From Bacteroidota bacterium (GTDB lineage: Bacteria; Bacteroidota; Bacteroidia; Bacteroidales; DTGW01), in the NCBI GenBank assembly GCA_029550865.1, contig JAKPGM010000075.1, forward strand, positions 952 to 64,951: DNA of 64,000 nucleotides, in the 5' to 3' direction. A model generated the notes under the pieces. That model was given only the letters and a program-made list of their open reading frames with translations. It made no database searches and was not told the DNA's origin. The position numbers and the translations under genes were made by a program. Shown one piece after another: positions 56,783 to 64,000 of this stretch (positions are counted from its first letter, which is position 1; the number at the start of each line of letters is the position of its first letter).

Positions 56783-58261
56783 ATGTACATTTTTAGTAAA
56801 TATACTACATATATTGAAAGGTATTTTGGTAAGAAAGAGTACATCGGTGTCTTTCTGGTATCGGTAGGGTATGTTTTTTTGCATGCATTTCTATTATTGC
56901 ATGGTTTTGAGTATCTCTTTCTTGCCCCAATAGGAATGGCGATACTGTATTTAGCTTTTTTTCATCAGGACAAGCTTTTGCTGTATCTTGCATTTCTGGT
57001 ACCTTTTTCCGTGCCTTTAACCTATTTTAGTGCAAAACTACCTGTAAATCTATCGATTCCCTCCGAACCCATCCTTATTCTTTTGATGATCCTTTTGTAT
57101 ATCAAGGTGCTCATTGAAAAAGGTTTCGACAAGGGTATTCTGTTACATCCTGTTTCACTGGCTATTTATTTTTATCTAAGCTGGATGCTACTTACCTCTA
57201 TTACCAGTGAGATGCCACTTGTTTCCTTTAAATTTTTGACCGCTAAACTCTGGTTTATCAGTGTTTTTTATTTTCTGGCTACCCAGCTGTTTGTAAGGTA
57301 TAAGAATATAGTCCGATATGGAATGTATTACACTGTTGGTTTGCTGCTGATAGTCATTTATGCATTTTCTCAGCTTGCTGTAAAAGGCATCACCAGTCAG
57401 CATGTGGCCAGTAAGGTGGTTCGTCCCTTTTTCAACGATCATACCGACTATGCTGCGGCACTGGCGATGATTCTTATCTTTATAGTGGGCATGTTTTTCC
57501 TTCGACGTAAAGCGTCGGTACTCATTAAAAGCCTGTACGTGGGGATGTCGGTTTTTATTGCAGTGGGCTTAATTTTTTCCTATACTCGTGCAGCATGGTT
57601 GAGTGTCCTGGTTGCCCTTGGGTTTTATGTAGGTTTTAGGTTGAAAGTACGACTAAGAGTAATGTTTATAATATTGGGTACGCTCATTGCTTTATTTTTT
57701 ACTTTTCGTACCGATATTCTTATAGCACTGGAGCGGAATAAGCAGGATTCGCACAAGGATTTCAGTCGTCATATTTCATCGATTACCAATATTTCTACGG
57801 ATGCTTCGAATCGTGAACGGCTTAATCGTTGGGCATGTGCTATCCGCATGTTTAAGGAACGACCCATATGGGGGTGGGGCCCGGGAACATATCAGTTTCA
57901 GTACGCACCGTTTCAGAAACGATCAGAAATGACAATTATAAGTACTCGTCGTGGGGATGTGGGGAATGCGCATAGTGAATACCTGGGACCCCTGGCCGAA
58001 CAGGGTTTTTTGGGAACATTTGCTTTTGTCCTAATCATCATCACTACCATGGCTACTGCCTCAAGGCTTTATTTTCGTGCTAAGCGTCGAAAGGTGCGTT
58101 TAATGGCGCTTATTTTGTTGTTATCGTTGATGACCTACTATGTTCATGGGATTATGAATAATTTCCTCGATGGCGACAAGCTGTCGGCTCTTTTTTGGGG
58201 ATTTACTGCCATGATTGTCGCATTGGACGTCTATCATACGCCATCATTGAAAAAAAAGTAG
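56783..58261 (+). CDS. O-antigen ligase/polymerase family (Wzy_C) membrane protein
   Basis: About 11 TM helices. The loop motif SRHISS...NRERLNRWACAIRMFKERPIWGWGPGTYQ...AHSEY is typical of Wzy_C. Confidence 0.75.
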   Translation: MYIFSKYTTYIERYFGKKEYIGVFLVSVGYVFLHAFLLLHGFEYLFLAPIGMAILYLAFFHQDKLLLYLAFLVPFSVPLTYFSAKLPVNLSIPSEPILILLMILLYIKVLIEKGFDKGILLHPVSLAIYFYLSWMLLTSITSEMPLVSFKFLTAKLWFISVFYFLATQLFVRYKNIVRYGMYYTVGLLLIVIYAFSQLAVKGITSQHVASKVVRPFFNDHTDYAAALAMILIFIVGMFFLRRKASVLIKSLYVGMSVFIAVGLIFSYTRAAWLSVLVALGFYVGFRLKVRLRVMFIILGTLIALFFTFRTDILIALERNKQDSHKDFSRHISSITNISTDASNRERLNRWACAIRMFKERPIWGWGPGTYQFQYAPFQKRSEMTIISTRRGDVGNAHSEYLGPLAEQGFLGTFAFVLIIITTMATASRLYFRAKRRKVRLMALILLLSLMTYYVHGIMNNFLDGDKLSALFWGFTAMIVALDVYHTPSLKKK

Positions 58262-58274
58262 TGATAATTTAGAG

Positions 58275-59987
58275 CTATTTTAAGTTAATAAAGCGATTGA
58301 TGATTTCATACAATTTATTGATGGATATAGGCTTTGATATGTAGTCGTTACAACCAGCCTCAAAAGCTTTTTTGCGTTCGTCGGAAAAGGTGTAAGCTGT
58401 TTGGGCTATGATTGGCAGATTGGGGAAGCGGGAACGAATAATCCGAGTGGCTTCGAAACCATCCATTTCGGGCATCTTCAAATCCATCAAAACTATATCT
58501 ATCGGATTTTTCATAACTTGCTCAACTGCCTGTTTGCCGTCCGTTGCGGTGTGTATGGTTACCGGTTCATTGGCAAACATTTCCGCCAACAATTGGGCAC
58601 TTTTTTCATCATCTTCTACAATCAGGATGCTAATGGGACGTTTAATTTGTAATGTTCCAGTTTTTTCCATCGATGTTTGTTTATGGTTTATGGGTTGATA
58701 GGGTATAGTAAAATGAAAAGTAGCGCCAATAGTATCACGGCTCGATTCTACCCAGATATTTCCTTTTAGTAAGTCAACAAAGGCTTTAGCAATTGCCAGT
58801 CCTATTCCCGCACCTTCGTATTGACGTGCAGTACCTTCCTGAACCTGCCGGAAGCGATCAAAAATAATCTGGTGATATTCTTCTGGTATGCCTATTCCGG
58901 TATCCTCAACATAAAAATGCCAATAATTCCCCTCTAAACGATAGCCTACTTTAATTCCACCCTTGTGGGTAAATTTGATAGCATTTCGTATAAGGTTAGT
59001 TAAAATTTGTCGTAATTTGTTGTAATCGGAGATGATGATGGCATCATCGTCATTCAGCCCTTTATTGCATTCGAAAAACAGATTTTTTTCTTCAGCTTCT
59101 TTCTTGAAATGCTCTGTCAGTTCCTCAAGTATATTATTGACATTTACTTCATTTAACTCAATGTTAATAATTCCTGCTTCGATTTTCGACAATTCGATGA
59201 TATCATTGAGTATGCCTAACATTCGCTTACTGCTTTGCTCGATGATGGCAACAAATTCCAATTGTTTTTCAAGTGATAAATTGGGTCGTTTTAAAAGCTC
59301 AGCAAACCCTATGATACCGTTCATGGGCGTGCGTATTTCGTGGCTTATATTAGCCAGAAACGCCGTTTTCAGTCGGTCCGATTGTTCGGCTTTATCTTTT
59401 GCCTGCACAAGTTCTTCAAGCATCTTTTTTCGTTCCGTTATGTCTTCTTTAATGCCAATTATTCGAAATACTTTGCCATTTTCATCTTTTATTGGCGAAA
59501 TGAGTGCCCGTTCCCAATAAAGTTCGCCCGACTTTGTCTTGTTAAGAAATTCACCCACCCAGTCGTTGCCCGACAGAATGGTTTTCCAGAGCGATTCATA
59601 AAAGGTTTTACTATGATACCCCGACTTAATCACTTGAGGATTTTGGCCAAGTAGTTCTTCTAACGCATACCCTGATAAGGAAGCAAATCGGGTATTGGCA
59701 TACAAAATAGTGCCGCGTGTGTCGGTAACTATAATACTTAGAGGACTCTGGTCTACTATTTTTTTAAAGATTTGCAGTTCTTCGAAATGTTTATGCAAAG
59801 GGGAAGAGTCATCGATAATGGTTAACTCTGGAGTATTGTTTCTAAATTTTGCGCAAAAAGTTTCTATATCAGCGACATGCTCTACTGGAATACCCTCTGA
59901 TTCAAGAAAATTCTTTATTTTTTCCAGCAATGTATTGAGTTGACTGGTAACGATAACGGAATATTTATTTCTCTTTGTCATGCTCAT
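58275..59987 (-). CDS. hybrid sensor histidine kinase (PAS, HisKA, HATPase, C-terminal receiver)
   Basis: H-box FLANISHEIRTPMNGIIGF, G-boxes, and receiver ILIVEDDEKS...DIVLMDLKMPEMDG. ATG 59987/59981 preferred over TTG 59996. Confidence 0.9.
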   Translation of the reverse strand: MSMTKRNKYSVIVTSQLNTLLEKIKNFLESEGIPVEHVADIETFCAKFRNNTPELTIIDDSSPLHKHFEELQIFKKIVDQSPLSIIVTDTRGTILYANTRFASLSGYALEELLGQNPQVIKSGYHSKTFYESLWKTILSGNDWVGEFLNKTKSGELYWERALISPIKDENGKVFRIIGIKEDITERKKMLEELVQAKDKAEQSDRLKTAFLANISHEIRTPMNGIIGFAELLKRPNLSLEKQLEFVAIIEQSSKRMLGILNDIIELSKIEAGIINIELNEVNVNNILEELTEHFKKEAEEKNLFFECNKGLNDDDAIIISDYNKLRQILTNLIRNAIKFTHKGGIKVGYRLEGNYWHFYVEDTGIGIPEEYHQIIFDRFRQVQEGTARQYEGAGIGLAIAKAFVDLLKGNIWVESSRDTIGATFHFTIPYQPINHKQTSMEKTGTLQIKRPISILIVEDDEKSAQLLAEMFANEPVTIHTATDGKQAVEQVMKNPIDIVLMDLKMPEMDGFEATRIIRSRFPNLPIIAQTAYTFSDERKKAFEAGCNDYISKPISINKLYEIINRFINLK

Positions 59988-60224
59988 GATGTTCAATGAT
60001 TATAAATTTAAGGAATTATTTTGTAACGTCCAAGGTGTTTTTTATAGGTTGCTAAGACTGGGAACTAAATGAGACTGCAATAATAATTTGAGACAACATT
60101 TTTTTTCTTACACTATTCTGTTTCTTTTAGCTTTTTCAATAGTTTTATGATGTGGCGTATTTTGTTTTGTGAATCCATTCTGCAGTTTTAACGATTTTTT
60201 AATCTTATTATCTTTTTTATAGAG

Positions 60225-60232
60225 TACCTTTG
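60225..60232 (+). promoter_or_regulatory. candidate -7 promoter element TACCTTTG
   Basis: 26 nt upstream of ATG 60259. Confidence 0.4.
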
Positions 60233-60258
60233 AAAAATAACCTTTAAATCAAATTATT

Positions 60259-61308
60259 ATGAAAAAATTGATATGTATTCAGGTTGTTAGCCTGTTTTTG
60301 TTTTCTGTGTATGTCAAAGGAGCAGTTTTAACGGTTAGCAATAATCCATCTGCACCAGCACAGTACAGTACCGTTTCGGCAGTTATTACAGCCGCGTCTG
60401 TTGGGGATACCATTTATTTATTGGGTTCCAATTCTACTTATGGTGACATTACTATCCCAAAAAGGCTTACTATCATAGGGGCAGGTTACGATGTATTGGG
60501 TACCGATTATAATTTAGCTACTACTGTAGGTACTGTTTATCTCGATAGCACCTTGAGTGGGCCCATAGATGGCGTCAAGTTGATTGGTTTATCGATTTCT
60601 ACCATTTATTATAGTTCGGGCGACAGGGGGTATATCGACAATGTTGCCATAAAACGTTGCAAGATTAATGGTTACATATATGTTTCAGGAAATTACTGGA
60701 ATATAATTAATAATATTATTGGTGGCACCCTTGATATTGGAAATTACGGAAATATTTTTATAGCCAATAACGTATTTTATCAGAGCTACCTATATTATTC
60801 CAATCAGTCGTCGGTGTATGTGATAAATAATTTGTTTCTTTATTATACATCGAACCAATTTAGTAGTGTAAGCAATGCGAATGTTTACAACAATATTTTT
60901 TACGCTAATTCGGTTGCCGTGTATAATTCAATTAATAATGTATTTAATAATAATATTTCGTACAATACGAGTAACTATACCTTACCACCTGCTGGTAATT
61001 CGGGGACTGGAAATATACAGCAAACCGATCCTAAGTTTGTTTCGCAGGCTACTATACCGGCTCCTGGGTCGGGAACCATTGCAATGGTCAATCTGAAAGA
61101 CTACGACTGGCATTTACAGGCAACCTCCCCCGGTAAAAATGCTGGTAGCGATGGTACTGACATAGGCATCTATGGTGGCAGTTATCCGTGGCCTGGTTTC
61201 ACCGGTATGCCTAATCTTCCTGTTATTGAAAGTTTTTATATAAAAAATCCTGTTTTGCATAAAGATAGTACGCTTAAAATCTATATCAAGGCTAAGGTAC
61301 AGCAGTAA
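60259..61308 (+). CDS. secreted right-handed parallel beta-helix repeat protein
   Basis: Signal peptide. Asn-ladder repeats (NNIIGG..; NNVFYQS; NNLFLYY; NNIFYAN; NNNISYN) typical of pectate-lyase-fold proteins. Confidence 0.65.
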   Translation: MKKLICIQVVSLFLFSVYVKGAVLTVSNNPSAPAQYSTVSAVITAASVGDTIYLLGSNSTYGDITIPKRLTIIGAGYDVLGTDYNLATTVGTVYLDSTLSGPIDGVKLIGLSISTIYYSSGDRGYIDNVAIKRCKINGYIYVSGNYWNIINNIIGGTLDIGNYGNIFIANNVFYQSYLYYSNQSSVYVINNLFLYYTSNQFSSVSNANVYNNIFYANSVAVYNSINNVFNNNISYNTSNYTLPPAGNSGTGNIQQTDPKFVSQATIPAPGSGTIAMVNLKDYDWHLQATSPGKNAGSDGTDIGIYGGSYPWPGFTGMPNLPVIESFYIKNPVLHKDSTLKIYIKAKVQQ

Positions 61309-61329
61309 AAATCCCCAAAACCAATCGAT

Positions 61330-64000
61330 ATGAGAACATTTGTTAAAATCATAGTGGCGGGTTTGGTGTTTTGGGGAAAGGTGACGTTGATTAGTGCACA
61401 GCAAGTCAATTATTGTGAGTACTATATCGACAATGACCCAGGTCTGGGACAGGGTACTGCTTTCTCCTTTTCTGCTGATACGTTGATAGAGATATCATCA
61501 CAAATTAATGTTTCAGCGTTTTCTGTTGGACACCATCGACTCGTATTGCGTTGTCGCGACGATTCGGGACGTTGGAGTCAGCAGCAAACCCGTGTATTTA
61601 ATATTTATTTACCTGAATCTTCTGTAAATCAGCTGGTAGCAGCTGAATACTGGACTGGAGCAGATCCCGGTCAGGGCAATGGTAGCTCACTGCCTATTTC
61701 TGCCGATTCGGTAGTTATCCTTCAGCCAAATCTTACGCCAGCGCCAGGTACTCAGCAGTTGTCTATTCGTTTTCGTGGCAACAATGGTATATGGAGTCAA
61801 CCTTATACCCGTGCATATTCAGCTATTACACCTGAGCCTGTAGCAAGCCAGCTCCCTTTGCTTGAATATTATTACGATGATGCACTTACCTCAAAACAGT
61901 TTGTTTCCGTTTCCACAGGTTCGAAAGTTGACACCTCTCTCAGCTTGAGCGTTACTTTGCCAGCAACAGGTAGTCATCGACTGAATGTTGCTTTGCGCGA
62001 CGACCTAGGTAAAAGTAGTCCAGCGGGAGTACGTTGGTTCAATACTATACAGGTAGAACCAGTGGATAGCATGGTGCAGTTTGCTGTTTATGTGGATGAT
62101 ACCATACACATGGATGGTCCAACCAGTACCCTGGGTATTGTCAAAGCATCGGTGTTTAATGATACGTTGAGCCTAAACTTGAACCAGCCGGCAAAGGATT
62201 ATAAGATTTATGTGGCAGGGATTTCCCAATCGGGTAAGTATGGGTTTCCTTCAAAAATTAAAGACTTTACTAGCTGTGATGTTTTGCCCCAGGCCGACTT
62301 TGCTATCGATTCTACGGTGTACGTCAACCTACCTTTTAAGGTACGTAATACCACTCAAAATGGTGATACAACTACCACCTATGTATGGAGCTATAAGGAG
62401 GGTAGTAATGAGCTTTCCAGTTCAAAGTTCGAACCTATTTTTGTATTTGGGTCCCTGGGCAATTACGACATACAGCTTGTTGCCAAAAATGTAGGCAAGT
62501 GTGCCGATACCGTTATGCATATAGTTGCCACCAACGAAGTCTCGGGTTGTCTGGGCGATTTTGTGTATGAAAATGATAATGGTCGTACCTTCAATTTTTA
62601 CAATGTTTCGGTGGCCAGTACAGGTACCCGATGGGATTTTGGCGATGGTACTTTATCGGATGTAAGGAATACTTCTCATACTTTTAAGGCCGATGGTCAG
62701 TATCGTGTATGTATGACAAACTATGAATCGAGTACCAAATGCTTGAAAAGAGTTTGCAAGGATATTGTGGTAGGTCCGGTAAAATGCAAGAGTGTATTTG
62801 GTTATACTGTCGATACCAATAATTCCAATACCCTGCATTTTACAGATCAGTCGCAGGATATGGAAGAATACCTATGGGATTTTGGTGATGGATGGACCAG
62901 TAAACAACAGCATCCCAGCCACACTTATAGTGAGGCAGGTACTTATCGGGTTTGTCATGCTATTAAAAGCGCATCTCTGGGCTGTTATGAACAAAGCTGT
63001 CAGGAGATCACTGTTGGTAATCCAACCTCTTCCCCTTTCAATGCTTATTTTGTATATTATGTCGATCATGCTTCTAAGAGGGTGTATCTGAGCAATAATT
63101 CTTCGCCCGAGGCCAACTCGTATTACTGGACTTTCGGTGATGGTAGCTATGTGTCGACCGAGGATGCCGAACATCAGTATACCACCAATGGTGCTTATGA
63201 GGTTTGTCTGCAGGTTGCTAATTCAAGTACCAAACAGTCGGACCGCTACTGCGAAACAGTGCTCGTAGGGGATACCCTATGCAAAATAGCAGCTAACTTC
63301 AATGCGTTTGTCGATACAGCCAATCGGGTAACCTTTGTCAATCAGTCGAAGGGAACTAACTTACAGTATTTCTGGAACTTTGGCGATGGAACTACCTCTA
63401 CTGCTTTCCAACCCGAACATACTTATGCGCAAAGCGGAAAATATCTGGTTAGCCTGTCGGTGGGAAATGCTTCCTGTTTCGACTATACCTCTGCTTATAT
63501 AGAGGTAGGTATTGTACCATGCAGGGCAAGTTTTGCCTATCAGTATCAACCTGGTACTGGCGAAATGAGCTTTTATAACCAGAGCACTGGAAATAACAAT
63601 GCCTATTTCTGGAATTTTGGGGATGGCAATTATAGTTTTGATGCCAATCCAACTCATACTTATGCCCAGCAAGGTAGCTATCGGGTTTCGCTAACTGTTA
63701 CCAACACTGTAAGCGGTTGCCAGGATATCCAGACTCAACAGGTTCAGGTGGGGGATGCCAATTGTAAGGCATTGTTCAGCTTTTTTGTTGATTCAGCAAC
63801 GCATTCAGTCAGGTTCAACAATCGCTCTACGGGTTCGTACAATAATCTTCTCTGGAGCTTTGGCGATGGCAAGTTTTCGACACAAGCAAATCCAACGCAT
63901 CGCTTTGTTGCTGCCGGTTATTATAAAGTTGGAATTACCATTATGAACACCTCCAATGGTTGTAGCGACTATTACGAGGAAACACTCCTGGTGGGCAATT
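61330..64000 (+). CDS. large secreted surface protein: 3-4 unnamed N-terminal repeats followed by at least 7 tandem PKD domains; 3' end outside window
   Basis: I translated frame 1 by hand codon by codon from ATG 61330 to about 63420 and by direct reading from there to nt 64000, and found no stop. It is absent from the ORF track because it has no stop in the window. Signal peptide MRTFVKIIVAGLVFWGKVTLISA. PKD signature W(D/N)FGDG...H(T)Y...G.Y.V recurs about every 80 aa from about 62290. Confidence 0.85.
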   Translation, partial: MRTFVKIIVAGLVFWGKVTLISAQQVNYCEYYIDNDPGLGQGTAFSFSADTLIEISSQINVSAFSVGHHRLVLRCRDDSGRWSQQQTRVFNIYLPESSVNQLVAAEYWTGADPGQGNGSSLPISADSVVILQPNLTPAPGTQQLSIRFRGNNGIWSQPYTRAYSAITPEPVASQLPLLEYYYDDALTSKQFVSVSTGSKVDTSLSLSVTLPATGSHRLNVALRDDLGKSSPAGVRWFNTIQVEPVDSMVQFAVYVDDTIHMDGPTSTLGIVKASVFNDTLSLNLNQPAKDYKIYVAGISQSGKYGFPSKIKDFTSCDVLPQADFAIDSTVYVNLPFKVRNTTQNGDTTTTYVWSYKEGSNELSSSKFEPIFVFGSLGNYDIQLVAKNVGKCADTVMHIVATNEVSGCLGDFVYENDNGRTFNFYNVSVASTGTRWDFGDGTLSDVRNTSHTFKADGQYRVCMTNYESSTKCLKRVCKDIVVGPVKCKSVFGYTVDTNNSNTLHFTDQSQDMEEYLWDFGDGWTSKQQHPSHTYSEAGTYRVCHAIKSASLGCYEQSCQEITVGNPTSSPFNAYFVYYVDHASKRVYLSNNSSPEANSYYWTFGDGSYVSTEDAEHQYTTNGAYEVCLQVANSSTKQSDRYCETVLVGDTLCKIAANFNAFVDTANRVTFVNQSKGTNLQYFWNFGDGTTSTAFQPEHTYAQSGKYLVSLSVGNASCFDYTSAYIEVGIVPCRASFAYQYQPGTGEMSFYNQSTGNNNAYFWNFGDGNYSFDANPTHTYAQQGSYRVSLTVTNTVSGCQDIQTQQVQVGDANCKALFSFFVDSATHSVRFNNRSTGSYNNLLWSFGDGKFSTQANPTHRFVAAGYYKVGITIMNTSNGCSDYYEETLLVGN

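Noticed and set aside
61330-64000. A periodic repeat of about 240 nt, which could be mistaken for a CRISPR-like or satellite array.
   Set aside because: The periodicity is at the protein level (PKD domains) within one continuous ORF. The units diverge at the DNA level, and there are no short identical direct repeats with unique spacers.

Overview
The window reads as a Bacteroidota chromosomal segment. Support: the Bacteroidota -7 promoter motif TAnnTTTG recurs 14-35 nt upstream of start codons, and the window has a DUF5683-parB-parA block, an AraC-type hybrid two-component sensor, SPOR proteins and a PKD-array surface protein. No transposase, integrase, CRISPR array or recognisable defence genes were found.

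Content is mostly housekeeping: cysE (partial), fur-like, recF, aspS, purF, asnB, tyrS, nspC, parAB and three tRNAs (Pro-TGG, Ser-CGA, Ala-GGC).

The most interesting region is about 37.5-51.4 kb. It holds a tightly packed, co-directional minus-strand gene string: DUF2061, sirC-like, short hemA, a hemC'-cobA-hemD triple fusion, hemB, hemL, cysJ and cysI. This would make siroheme from glutamyl-tRNA and couple it to assimilatory sulfite reductase. It is divergent from cysDN and convergent with a DUF438 / DUF1858-DUF2249 module.

- The HemC-like part of the fusion lacks domain 3 and the cofactor cysteine.
- The GluTR is short, with a degenerate NADPH motif.
- The two small conserved genes bracketing the operon (DUF1858-DUF2249 and DUF2061) each carry a single in-frame TGA followed by nearly the same sequence (TGAATTGCCA and TGAATTACCA).

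Other points worth a second look:
- a 137-139 bp tandem duplication next to tRNA-Pro
- a membrane PAS protein with a minimal MCP signalling hairpin
- a CarH-like MerR regulator lacking the B12 histidine
- a GH51-PA14 arabinofuranosidase
- a large PKD-array protein with an unnamed N-terminal repeat

The ORF track misses two CDSs that run off the window edges (cysE at the left, the PKD protein at the right) and ORFs under 60 aa. All functional calls rest on motif recognition by eye; no database search was run.
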